60,006 nucleotides of DNA, taken from NCBI GenBank assembly GCA_903878265.1, contig CAIRHD010000223.1:1-60006 (forward strand), written 5' to 3'. Shown here in pieces: positions 10,578-19,951 of the stretch. The DNA is from an uncultured Bacteroidales bacterium. Lineage in GTDB: Bacteria; Bacteroidota; Bacteroidia; Bacteroidales; UBA4417. Below the pieces are notes generated by a model that worked only from the letters and a program-made list of their open reading frames with translations, had not been told where the DNA came from and made no database searches. Each line of letters starts with the position of its first letter. Within the stretch, counting starts at the first letter, position 1. The translations under genes were made by a program, and so were the position numbers.

Positions 10578-12059
10578 TTAGTATCCAGGATTTTGAACGA
10601 GATAAGCGTTTTTATCCATTTCCGCCTGAGGGATTGGCCACAACAACCTGTTTTGGGTCAACTGGTAACCGAGGTTCTGCCCGCTTTGGTCTTTCGCGTT
10701 GTTTATCACTTCTATAACCCTTCCAGTCCGTTTCAGATCGTACCAGCGATGGCCTTCAAAAGCCAACTCCAGCCTGCGCTCTTTTTCAATAGCAAGTCGC
10801 ATGGCAGCCTGGTTGGATGCTGTGGTATTTGGTAGGTTAACACGCGTACGGATCTGGTTAACAAGGGCTGCAGCACCAGACACATCCCCGGTTTCGTTCA
10901 ATGCTTCGGCCTTTAAGAGCAAAATATCGGCCAACCTCATGAAAATATAATTCTGCGGGCTGGGCGATGTGATATTGCGCCATTTGTTGCCAAACGGATA
11001 GCTGGTTTGCGGCCAGTGTGCATCGTTCCATTTGCCGGTAACATCCAGAAAAACGACAGATGAATTCTTGCGGATTATATCTCCTTCGTCAGTAAATGCT
11101 TTCAAAAGGTCATTGGATGGAATATTGAATTTTTTCCAATCCATACCCATAAACATGGAGGTGCCCCAGTTTCCACTTGAGCTGGTACCGGCATAATTGA
11201 CTTCAAATATTGATTCGGAAGAATTCTCTGAACTTCCATCCCAAAGTTTGTCGTAGGTTGGCAGAAGGCTGTAAGGACCGGCGACAACATCGTTACAATA
11301 TTTCAGTACTTTATCCCACTGATGGGGTTCCTGTGTGGCATACACATAAGCTAAAAGACTGTTAACAGCACCGGTGGTTGCATACCCTTTGTCTATGGCA
11401 GAAACTTTTACCCCGCCCAAAGCAGTTTCAAGGTCAAGGATAATCTGTTTGTAAACTTCGGCCATTGGCACTCTTGGAGGAAAAAGGATTGGGTAAACCT
11501 CTTCGAAATTGGCCGCACTAATCGTCTTTACCTCAGTAAGCTGGAGTGGGACATCCCCCCAAAGTTGCACCAACTGGAAGTACATATAGGCCCTGATGAA
11601 GGATGCTTCCGCTATCATTTCTTTCTTCCGCTGGGCTGAAAGGTTTGGGTCTGTAACAGCATTTACATTGTTGATCAATGTGTTAGCTTTTCCAATGGTC
11701 GAGTAAAGGTAACCCCAATCGCGGCTAACATTGGAGTTGGTGGCATCAATATTATAGCCGTCAATCTGGAAATTGGCTGGGTTATCGGCTCCTGCATAAG
11801 CATCGTCCGACTGTGCATCGCCATTCACAAAATAGTCGAGTTCGAAATACTCATTTTTAAAATCAGAATACGCACCCGACAGTGCAGCTTCAGCATCCCC
11901 TGCTGATTTGTAAAGGATAGAGTCAGAACTCTGGTTTATAATGGCGATACCTTGTGATACAGGTTTCAGGTCGAGGAATTTCGAGCAGGAAGCCAAAAGC
12001 AGCAAAAAGGAGGCCGATAAGAAAAGTATGGTTATCTTTTTCATGGTTATCTTTTTCAT
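10578..12059 (-). CDS. SusD/RagB family nutrient-binding outer membrane lipoprotein
   Basis: 493 aa with the lipobox LLASC. SusD motifs are present (IRAYMYFQLVQLWGDVPL, ERRLELAFEGHRWYDLKR). It lies 14 bp downstream of a SusC gene. The N-terminus reads MKKIT-MKKIT because of a 15-bp tandem duplication, so the start could be 12059 or 12044. Confidence 0.9.
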   Translation of the reverse strand: MKKITMKKITILFLSASFLLLLASCSKFLDLKPVSQGIAIINQSSDSILYKSAGDAEAALSGAYSDFKNEYFELDYFVNGDAQSDDAYAGADNPANFQIDGYNIDATNSNVSRDWGYLYSTIGKANTLINNVNAVTDPNLSAQRKKEMIAEASFIRAYMYFQLVQLWGDVPLQLTEVKTISAANFEEVYPILFPPRVPMAEVYKQIILDLETALGGVKVSAIDKGYATTGAVNSLLAYVYATQEPHQWDKVLKYCNDVVAGPYSLLPTYDKLWDGSSENSSESIFEVNYAGTSSSGNWGTSMFMGMDWKKFNIPSNDLLKAFTDEGDIIRKNSSVVFLDVTGKWNDAHWPQTSYPFGNKWRNITSPSPQNYIFMRLADILLLKAEALNETGDVSGAAALVNQIRTRVNLPNTTASNQAAMRLAIEKERRLELAFEGHRWYDLKRTGRVIEVINNAKDQSGQNLGYQLTQNRLLWPIPQAEMDKNAYLVQNPGY

Positions 12060-12073
12060 GGTTCGCGATTTTT

Positions 12074-15034
12074 TTAGAATTCAACATTTAGCCCAACAAT
12101 CATGGTTTGAGCCTGCGGATAAGTGCCATAATCAATGCCTAAAACCACGCCGCTGATTCCCCCATTGGTTCCGTAAGAATTCACCTCCGGATCAAAGCCT
12201 GTGTATTTGGTAAAAGTAAGCAGGTTCTGACCTGTAATATAAACAGATAGTTTACGAATAGCTTTCACCTTTGCATTGTTATCTAAAACCTTATATGACA
12301 AGGTAACAGATTTTAACCTGAGATAGGAACCGTCCTCGACAAAGCGGGTTGAATTGCTCACGTTTTCAGTATTTCCGGTTACTTTCGGGATATCGGTTAT
12401 CGTATTTTCGGGTGTCCATCTCCTGAGAACTGCTGTGGATTGGTTCTTACTGTCGAACATGCCTTCGAGGTCAATGCGGGTAGAATTATAAATGTCGTTG
12501 CCCTGGCTGCCCTGGAAGAAGAAATTCAAATTGAAATCGCCATAGCTCAGGTCGTTGGTAAACCCATACACAAATTTAGGCTGGGCACAACCAATAATGG
12601 TACGGTCGCCCGGGCCAACATCGCCGCTATTATTAACATCCTTATACTTTAACATACCCGTTGTAGGATCAACCCCGTCAACAATATACCCAAAGAAGGT
12701 ACCAAGCGGTTCGCCTTCCCTGAAAAGGATGACATCCTGGTTGTTGCTGTAAATTCTGCCGTAATAATCATCTCCCGGGAATTTCAGCCAACTGACCTTA
12801 TTCTTGTTGAACGACATGTTAAAGTCAGAGGTCCAGCGGAGTTTGCTGTCGATGTTTACTGTACTGATGTTGAATTCAATCCCCTTATTCTCTATTTCCC
12901 CAGCATTTGTAATTAACGAAGCTATATTGGTGGTTGCCGGCCATCTAACAGGAAGTATCAGGTCGGTTGTCTTTTTATAGTAGGCATCTACAGTTAGGGT
13001 AATCTTCGAATTCAAGACAGTTAAATCGAATCCAAGATTGGTTTGGGTGGTGGTTTCCCACTTTAGGTCAGGGTTTCCCATTGTATTCAGACTGGAACCA
13101 GGACCGGAAAGCGGTGAGGTCGGAGTAACACGGTAATAATCATTCAATCCCCACTGGCTATAAGGAGGGATACCTTCCTGATTCCCATTTTTCCCCCATC
13201 CACCTCTGATTTTCAGGTCATTGATAAATGTAATATCTTTCATGAATTCTTCGGATGAAATGCGCCAAGCTGCTGAAAACGAAGGAAAAGTCCCCCAGTG
13301 CTGCGCCAGTTTTGATGATCCGTCGCGCCGGATACTTGCAGTGAGGTAGTATTTGCTGTTGTAATCCCACGAAGCCCTGCCGAAAAATGATGCAATTGCC
13401 CAGTCGCTGTAACTGGTACTTGCCCAAATGGTATTTGCAGCAATTAGGCTCTGCACATTTGCATCGGCCGGAAAATCATTTCCGGTAATATAGGAATCGT
13501 ACCATCTGTTTTTCTGGGCACTGCTCCCAATTAATGCCGTAATTTTATGTTTTCCGATAGCGTATGAATAATCCAAAGTGTTCTCCCAAAGCCAGGTACT
13601 GGAATTCGATTTGTCGGAAGCTCCCTGTCCATTTGCTTTTCTTCCTGCAACAGTTTGATACGGGTTCAGGTAAAAATCCCATTGGTGATTGCTCATTTCA
13701 ATCCCACCTGTTGATTTCAGATAAAGGCCATCGAATAATTTGGCTTGGGCATACAGGTTGCCAAACAACTGCCGGTCAACCGATAACTGTAGAGGGCCAT
13801 TCATATAAGCAATTGGGTTTTCCCATGAAGGCTGGAAAGGGTTGGGATCGTACGATGTTTTGTCGGTAAGCACGAATGTTGGTGAGGTCTCATCCTTCCA
13901 GGTATTCAGGAACGGAGGTGTATTCAAGGTGCTCATAATCACGCCACCCCTGCCAGAACTTGCATTGTCAGGTGTGTCCTTTGTATTTACATTCATCACG
14001 TTGATGCTGGTACCGATTTTAAACCAGGACCTGACTTCATTGTCGATGTTTACCCTTACGTTATAACGATCGAAACGTGCTGGTTTAACCATACCGGCTT
14101 CACTGAGATAAGCCCCGGAAATAAAATATTTCGTTTTGCTGTCACCGCCTGTTACCGAGAATTGGTAGGATTGGTTATTCCCTGTTCCGAAAACCTTGTC
14201 ACTCCAGTTAGTATAATCTGTCCTGCTCGGGTCAATACCTCCTGACATCATTTCATTCATGAGCTTACGATATTCTTTGGTATCAAGTACATCAATCGGC
14301 TTACGAAGCTTAGAGAAGCCGAAATACGTATTAAAACTTATAATCGGATCCTTTTCGCTGCCCCGTTTTGTAGTAATAAGTACAACACCATTGGCAGCAC
14401 GTGCCCCATAAATAGCGGATGATGACGCATCTTTAAGCACGCTCATCGAAGATATGTCGTTAGGATTAATTCCCGAAATATCCTTGGTAGGAACACCATC
14501 AACCACATAAAGCGGTTCGTTGCTAAGCGTAACCGAAGTTGCACCGCGTACGCGCACCGAAAGTGCCGAACCGGGTTTTCCCGATGTTTGAACAACCTGA
14601 ACACCGGCAGCTTTTCCCTGTATGGCTTGAGCGGCCGAAACAAGTGGCCTGTCTTTCAGTTCTTTTTCGCCAACCACCGAAACGGCTGTGGTCAAATCCT
14701 TCTTTTTTTGAGTGCCGTAGCCAATAACCACAACCTGATCAAGGGTTTGAGCCTGCTCTTCGAGGACAACATTGATAATGGACTGGTTGCCAACAACAAT
14801 ATCCTGCGCAAGGAAGCCAATAAAACTAAACCGCAGCGAACCTGATGTAAAATCGAGACGGTATTTTCCATCAATATCGGTAAGTGTACCGGTTTGTGTA
14901 CCAACAATTTGAACTGTTACGCCTGGCATACCAATACCTTTGGCATCGGTAACCTTTCCAGTAATTGCCTTGTTTTGGGCAAAAACGGAAAAGTTAAACA
15001 TAAGTAAAATAAGTAGAGTATATGTTTTTTTCAT
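12074..15034 (-). CDS. SusC/RagA family TonB-dependent outer membrane transporter
   Basis: 986 aa with a signal peptide. It has a CarboxypepD_reg-like domain (GKVTDAKGIGMPGVTVQIVGT), a plug (VVVIGYGTQKKKD) and a barrel ending VGLNVEF. Confidence 0.9.
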   Translation of the reverse strand: MKKTYTLLILLMFNFSVFAQNKAITGKVTDAKGIGMPGVTVQIVGTQTGTLTDIDGKYRLDFTSGSLRFSFIGFLAQDIVVGNQSIINVVLEEQAQTLDQVVVIGYGTQKKKDLTTAVSVVGEKELKDRPLVSAAQAIQGKAAGVQVVQTSGKPGSALSVRVRGATSVTLSNEPLYVVDGVPTKDISGINPNDISSMSVLKDASSSAIYGARAANGVVLITTKRGSEKDPIISFNTYFGFSKLRKPIDVLDTKEYRKLMNEMMSGGIDPSRTDYTNWSDKVFGTGNNQSYQFSVTGGDSKTKYFISGAYLSEAGMVKPARFDRYNVRVNIDNEVRSWFKIGTSINVMNVNTKDTPDNASSGRGGVIMSTLNTPPFLNTWKDETSPTFVLTDKTSYDPNPFQPSWENPIAYMNGPLQLSVDRQLFGNLYAQAKLFDGLYLKSTGGIEMSNHQWDFYLNPYQTVAGRKANGQGASDKSNSSTWLWENTLDYSYAIGKHKITALIGSSAQKNRWYDSYITGNDFPADANVQSLIAANTIWASTSYSDWAIASFFGRASWDYNSKYYLTASIRRDGSSKLAQHWGTFPSFSAAWRISSEEFMKDITFINDLKIRGGWGKNGNQEGIPPYSQWGLNDYYRVTPTSPLSGPGSSLNTMGNPDLKWETTTQTNLGFDLTVLNSKITLTVDAYYKKTTDLILPVRWPATTNIASLITNAGEIENKGIEFNISTVNIDSKLRWTSDFNMSFNKNKVSWLKFPGDDYYGRIYSNNQDVILFREGEPLGTFFGYIVDGVDPTTGMLKYKDVNNSGDVGPGDRTIIGCAQPKFVYGFTNDLSYGDFNLNFFFQGSQGNDIYNSTRIDLEGMFDSKNQSTAVLRRWTPENTITDIPKVTGNTENVSNSTRFVEDGSYLRLKSVTLSYKVLDNNAKVKAIRKLSVYITGQNLLTFTKYTGFDPEVNSYGTNGGISGVVLGIDYGTYPQAQTMIVGLNVEF

Positions 15035-15152
15035 CTTCTAAAGTTTTTTGTTTTTGTGGTAAAAAATATTTTTAAATCAGAAACAAAGTATAATGTATTA
15101 AATGAATCATATCTATAAATCGTATCTTCTCAATCCCTAAAAAACGGAATTT

Positions 15153-15194
15153 AAAAAAAAAGCAAGAGCGAGCCGAAAACCCGCCCACTCTTGA
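15153..15194 (-). terminator. Possible terminator after the PKD-domain gene
   Basis: On the minus strand a 6-bp stem (caagag / ctcttg) encloses a 20-nt loop and is followed by a T9 run (A-run 15153-15161 on the plus strand). The stem is weak and the U-tract is strong. Confidence 0.35.
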
Positions 15195-15227
15195 TTTTAA
15201 ATACATTGAAAATTAATTTATTCCGTT

Positions 15228-17015
15228 CTACCTTTCAAGGATTGCCGACCAAGCCGAAGCACCATTATGAGTTGCAGATAAGTCAACCGTAACAAATAAA
15301 TATTCCTTTGTTGCAGTTTTGGCATAACCCATAACTTCGTAAACATTGGTTGAAAAACCACCGTTTGGAGCTTTTGTTTTATCCGTGTTTTCGCCGCCAT
15401 AATACCCTTTATAGAAACCTAAGAAAGCTGCAAAACCAGCACCATTGGTCAGGGTAATTATCGGACGGGAATTTACGCCTTTACTTGCTGGAGTAAATGT
15501 ATAGGAGTGGGTTGCACTACCGAAAGCAGCACCATTACCACTGGCAGCAATGCCTGCATCATCTATACATCCATTTGTTCCGCCAAAATAGCCATCGTTA
15601 CGAGCCGATCCTTTTGTTGCGTATTTGAATACACCACCAGTGCTAAACGTGAATTCGTCATTAACCAGGCAAGTCCAATCGTTTTCACCAGTTCCTGATA
15701 CCATATTGGCTTTTGGCAATGCCCACCAAGCGCCGCTACCAAGTGCTGGACCAACAAATATTGACATTTCTTCAGCACGAACTTTCCAAGCAGCACCTTG
15801 CAATTTAGCATCAGTAAGCACATCGGAAGTAACAAATACAGTTTGTGAAGCTGTACTTTCGCCATTCGAATTGGTTGCAGTAAGTTTAAGAAGGTAAGGG
15901 CCGCCGCTTGCATAAGTATGTACAGGGCTCATTTCGGTGGAAGTGGTTCCATCACCAAAATCCCACAAATAGGAAGTTGCCTCTGTTGTTGTATTGGTAC
16001 AAGTTACTGCAAGTCCGTTTATAACTAACGAAAAACCAGCAGTAGGTTTGTTGCCAGGAAGAGCAGGCTCGTCAGCAGGATTGTCGTAGTGAACAAGTAC
16101 AAACCTCCAATATCCGCCAGCAGCGGCATCAGTTGGGTTGAATTTGTAGTTTACCTGTACAATAAGGGTATCAGTTGTTCCATCGGTTAGACTTATAACA
16201 TCATAAGTGACAGAATCCTGAACCATTGGGGTAAGTTTCATTACTTCACAATCGGTTGAAGCTTTTAGGAAACCGATGAAAGCACCTTTTCCAATTGCAG
16301 TAACCTTTTTTGAAGCTACATCCAAACGGAATTTATGCGTTCCATTGCCCCATGCTGAAAGGTTTTCATTATTTGGAGCAATTCCTACCATAGGATCTGC
16401 AGTCAAAGCGCATTTGTTATCAGGAGTAAAAACTCCACCTTCAGCCCAATAATCGCCTTTAGCATCAAAAGCCATTGAACCATCGCGTTTAAATGTCCAT
16501 TCATCGTTGAACAAACATGGTCGTTTAGCCAGTTCGTCATTGCCATTACCAACAGCCCACCAGATTGTAGAATGATCAATAGGGCCAACTTCAAGAGGGA
16601 AAACGCCAGTTGTAACATCACGCAGAAGTTTCCAGGTTTTGCCGGTTGCACCTTCACCAACAAGCATTGTTAAGGCAGCATTAGGATCAGCGAGAGTAAC
16701 TTTGGCCGAAAATACATCGGTAACCCCACCTGGAGATGTAGCGGTGAGTTTTACCGTAAATTCGCCAACAGCAGCATAAGTGTGGGTTGGGTTCTCTTCA
16801 GCAGAAACTGCAGAAGCATCGCCAAAATCCCAAGATACGGATTTAAAGTTCTTTGACTCATTAACAAATACAACTTTCATAAAATCGGTTGGATCGGTCG
16901 AAGAAGAAAAACTTGCAATAACAGCAGGTTCCGGATCATCCTTTTTACAGGAACTTACAAGGGTAACTGCTAAAAGCAATAGCAGTGCCCAGTTTAATTT
17001 CATTGTTTTTTTCAT
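15228..17015 (-). CDS. PKD-domain surface lipoprotein with two [PKD + ~200-aa] modules (putative surface glycan-binding protein)
   Basis: 595 aa with the lipobox LVSSC. Two PKD signatures are present (SWDFGDASAVSAEENPTHTYAAVGEFTVKLTATS and LWDFGDGTTSTEMSPVHTYASGGPYLLKLTATN). Each is followed by a related W-rich domain (...NDEWTFKRDGSM... / ...NDEFTFSTGGVF...). Confidence 0.8.
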   Translation of the reverse strand: MKKTMKLNWALLLLLAVTLVSSCKKDDPEPAVIASFSSSTDPTDFMKVVFVNESKNFKSVSWDFGDASAVSAEENPTHTYAAVGEFTVKLTATSPGGVTDVFSAKVTLADPNAALTMLVGEGATGKTWKLLRDVTTGVFPLEVGPIDHSTIWWAVGNGNDELAKRPCLFNDEWTFKRDGSMAFDAKGDYWAEGGVFTPDNKCALTADPMVGIAPNNENLSAWGNGTHKFRLDVASKKVTAIGKGAFIGFLKASTDCEVMKLTPMVQDSVTYDVISLTDGTTDTLIVQVNYKFNPTDAAAGGYWRFVLVHYDNPADEPALPGNKPTAGFSLVINGLAVTCTNTTTEATSYLWDFGDGTTSTEMSPVHTYASGGPYLLKLTATNSNGESTASQTVFVTSDVLTDAKLQGAAWKVRAEEMSIFVGPALGSGAWWALPKANMVSGTGENDWTCLVNDEFTFSTGGVFKYATKGSARNDGYFGGTNGCIDDAGIAASGNGAAFGSATHSYTFTPASKGVNSRPIITLTNGAGFAAFLGFYKGYYGGENTDKTKAPNGGFSTNVYEVMGYAKTATKEYLFVTVDLSATHNGASAWSAILER

Positions 17016-17249
17016 GATTTTGGTTGAGGTTTAAGTGTAATTATAACACGAAGATACTATTTCTTTTAATAAAAAAGATAAATGCAAAACCTATTTTAAT
17101 TAATTTTTTATTTAGGATATAGATATATAAAATACATATACCTGTTTTTCATTTATTTGCATCGTTATTTAGAATGATTCTAAATTACAAATTTTCAAGT
17201 TTGTTGATTTTTTTTCTAAGTGGTTTAACACCGTTTTAATAGCAAAAAC

Positions 17250-18551
17250 TTATCTAACCATCTTAGTTAGCTGCTCTGATAATTCTTGGTAATTGGTGGA
17301 TATTGTAACCGATTTCGTAGTCAAATTTACCAATTCGCTCAAAGTTTCGGGAATGGACACAGGATTATTGGTCGCTTTTTCAACTTCATCGGGGAACTTT
17401 GCTGGATGCGCCGTTTCGAGAAAAATGCTATAATAATCATCCGACAAACCATATTCTTTCAAACCCAAATAGGCAATAGCCCCATGTGGATCAGCTTGGT
17501 ACGAATAAAGATTCTGTAATTCTGTCATCGCTGATCTGTTTTGTCCATCATCGAAAGAGTAAGACTTTATTTGCGAAACAATAACATCATGCCGTTTTTG
17601 ACAGATTTCCAACAAACGTGGAAAATTACTTGGGTTTCCAACATCCATTGCGTTGGAAATGGTATGGACGGTTTGCTGCGGTTTATATTCACCGCTTTTT
17701 AAATAATCGGGCACTATGCGGTTGCGGTTGGTGGCAGCAATAAACTGATGAACTGGAAGCCCCATTTTTTTTGCCATCAATCCGGCTGTTAAATTGCCAA
17801 GGTTGCCACTTGGCACACTCATTACAACAGGTTTATTAACTTTGCCTAATTGCGCCAGAGCGTGGAAATAAAAAAAGGACTGCGGAAATAAACGTGCAAA
17901 ATTTATTGAATTGGCTGAAGTCAGATTCAATTGGCTGTTCAGTTTTTTATCGGCAAAAGCCAGTTTCACCAAACGCTGGCAATCATCAAAATCGCCGTTT
18001 ACTTCAAGGGCGGTAATGTTGCCGCCCATGGTAGTTAGCTGTTTTTCCTGCAATTCGCTAACTTTACCCGATGGATAAAGAATCACCACTTTGATGCCTT
18101 TCTTATTGTAAAAAGCATTTGCAACCGCACTTCCGGTATCTCCTGAAGTAGCGACCATGATCACAACTTCTTTATTTTCATTTTTTAATAAATGTTGGAA
18201 AAGTCCTGCCATAAAACGTGCCCCTACATCTTTAAAAGCAAGGGTTGGGCCATGAAATAGTTCTAACACAAAAAGGTTTTCGCCCAATTGTTTTAAAGGA
18301 ATTGGGAAATTTAAGGCATCATCAACAATTTGCTGCAATTCGTTGTACGGAACATCGTCTCCTAACATTGCCTTCGAAACTTCCAGGGCAATTTCCTGAA
18401 GGCTCAAATCGGGAAGTGTTGTATAAAACGAATCTGGCAAAACAGGAATAAACTCAGGCATATATAAACCAGATGTACCTGAAATACTTTTAATTACAGC
18501 TTCATGTGACGAAACTTTATGGCTTGGGTTGTTGATGTCGTAGAATTTCAT
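17250..18551 (-). CDS. thrC: Threonine synthase
   Basis: The PLP-lysine motif FHGPTLAFKD and the block ATSGDTGSA are present. I placed the start at the internal ATG (MKFYDINNP, 18551) rather than the longest-ORF start at 18608. Confidence 0.9.
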   Translation of the reverse strand: MKFYDINNPSHKVSSHEAVIKSISGTSGLYMPEFIPVLPDSFYTTLPDLSLQEIALEVSKAMLGDDVPYNELQQIVDDALNFPIPLKQLGENLFVLELFHGPTLAFKDVGARFMAGLFQHLLKNENKEVVIMVATSGDTGSAVANAFYNKKGIKVVILYPSGKVSELQEKQLTTMGGNITALEVNGDFDDCQRLVKLAFADKKLNSQLNLTSANSINFARLFPQSFFYFHALAQLGKVNKPVVMSVPSGNLGNLTAGLMAKKMGLPVHQFIAATNRNRIVPDYLKSGEYKPQQTVHTISNAMDVGNPSNFPRLLEICQKRHDVIVSQIKSYSFDDGQNRSAMTELQNLYSYQADPHGAIAYLGLKEYGLSDDYYSIFLETAHPAKFPDEVEKATNNPVSIPETLSELVNLTTKSVTISTNYQELSEQLTKMVR

Positions 18552-18629
18552 TTTATTTTTTAACTTTATAGGTTTTATCCAATTCAGAATATTTTTACTC
18601 AATGGCATTATAAAATACCACTGATGCTC

Positions 18630-19586
18630 TTAAAACTCAACTAAATCAACAATACTTGTTCCTTTTGAATTTAATTGCGAAACGTAAGCCTCATTAAAAA
18701 GCCCAATTTTAGTAAAACCAGCTTGTATGACAGCGGCAACGGTAGATGCGTTTTCTTGGCCTTGGCACAGTGCAAAAACCGAAGGACCGGATCCCGAAAT
18801 CCCGCAACCAATTGCCCCTGAACGCATTGCCGAATTTTTAATTTCTTCAAAACCGGGGATAAGCTGGATTCGTTTTGGTTCGGCCAATAAGTCCGACATC
18901 GAACGTTTCATCAGATCGTAATCACTTTTAATCAAAGCAACCATAAACCCAGCGGTGTTTGCACTCTGAATAATTGCATTTTCGACCGAGACCTCATTTT
19001 TCAATACCCGTCTGGCATCGGAAGTATTAATCTCGATGTGTGGATGCACAACAGCAGAATACAAATCACCCGGCGATTCAACCTGGATAATATCCAAAGG
19101 ACTATAACTCCGTATAAGCACAAATCCGCCAAGCAAGGCTGGAGCTACATTATCTGCGTGGGCCGTGCCACAAGCAATTCTTTCACCTTCCATAGCAAAA
19201 GGAATCAACTCACTGGTAGTCAAAGGATTTCCCAAAAGATGGTTTGCCGCAAAAACAGCCGCTGCCGAGCTTGATGCGCTGCTGCCCATTCCGCTTCCCA
19301 AGGGCATATTTTTTTCAAGGATTATTTCCAGCTTGATATGGCTGTTTCCAGTTGCTTGCAAAAAGGCATCCACGGCAACACCGGCAGTATTTTTATGCCT
19401 TTCGGCGGGTACGAGATGCCCATATTTTCCTTTCAGGATAACTGTAGAGTTGTTGCTTTCGTTTATTAAATTAACGGTTACTTTATCGCCAATACCTTGG
19501 ATTGCGAAACCCATGATATCGAAACCGCAACCCACATTGGCAACGCTTGCCGGGGCAAAAGCTGTAACTGATTTGTATTTGATCAT
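18630..19586 (-). CDS. thrB: Homoserine kinase
   Basis: The GHMP kinase motif PLGSGMGSSASS is present, and the N-terminus VANVGCGFD is typical of ThrB. I chose the start at ATG 19586 (MIKYKSV). The longest ORF reaches 19628. Confidence 0.9.
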   Translation of the reverse strand: MIKYKSVTAFAPASVANVGCGFDIMGFAIQGIGDKVTVNLINESNNSTVILKGKYGHLVPAERHKNTAGVAVDAFLQATGNSHIKLEIILEKNMPLGSGMGSSASSSAAAVFAANHLLGNPLTTSELIPFAMEGERIACGTAHADNVAPALLGGFVLIRSYSPLDIIQVESPGDLYSAVVHPHIEINTSDARRVLKNEVSVENAIIQSANTAGFMVALIKSDYDLMKRSMSDLLAEPKRIQLIPGFEEIKNSAMRSGAIGCGISGSGPSVFALCQGQENASTVAAVIQAGFTKIGLFNEAYVSQLNSKGTSIVDLVEF

Positions 19587-19630
19587 AGAATTATTTTTAA
19601 AATGTGGTTTAAATAACCGTTTCATCAATC

Positions 19631-19945
19631 AAACGCTTCGAGGGTTGAAAAAACCACTCGAAGGGTTGATTTTCCATTAACTATTTTCCATTAACACTTC
19701 GACTTCGCTCAGTGTCCGCCATCAACTATTCTCCCACCAAGTAACCGCTTCGAGGGTTGAAAATACCACTCGAAGGGTTGATTTTCTATTTTCCATCAAC
19801 AATTTTCCATTAACACTTCGACATGTTTCGGCGATGGTTCGACCAAAACTCACCAACCAAAGCTCAACAACCATCGCTCAGTGTCCGCCATTAAACCATT
19901 AACCATTAACTATTATCTATTAACCATTAACTATTCTCCATTTCC
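19631..19945 (+). repeat. Dispersed repeat family A: two tandem copies, one with an internal deletion, plus a ccattaa/ctatt microsatellite tail
   Basis: Copy 1 is about 19631-19733 and copy 2 about 19742-19910. They share cgcttcgagggttgaaaa(a/t)accactcgaagggttgatttt...ccattaacacttcgac...cgctcagtgtccgcc. The core 19807-19889 is about 85 percent identical, in reverse complement, to 58169-58252. Confidence 0.8.
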
Positions 19946-19951
19946 TACTCC

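Noticed and set aside
19165-19680. The 171-aa + strand ORF across thrB
   Set aside because: It is antisense to a textbook homoserine kinase with a GHMP motif, so it is a shadow ORF.
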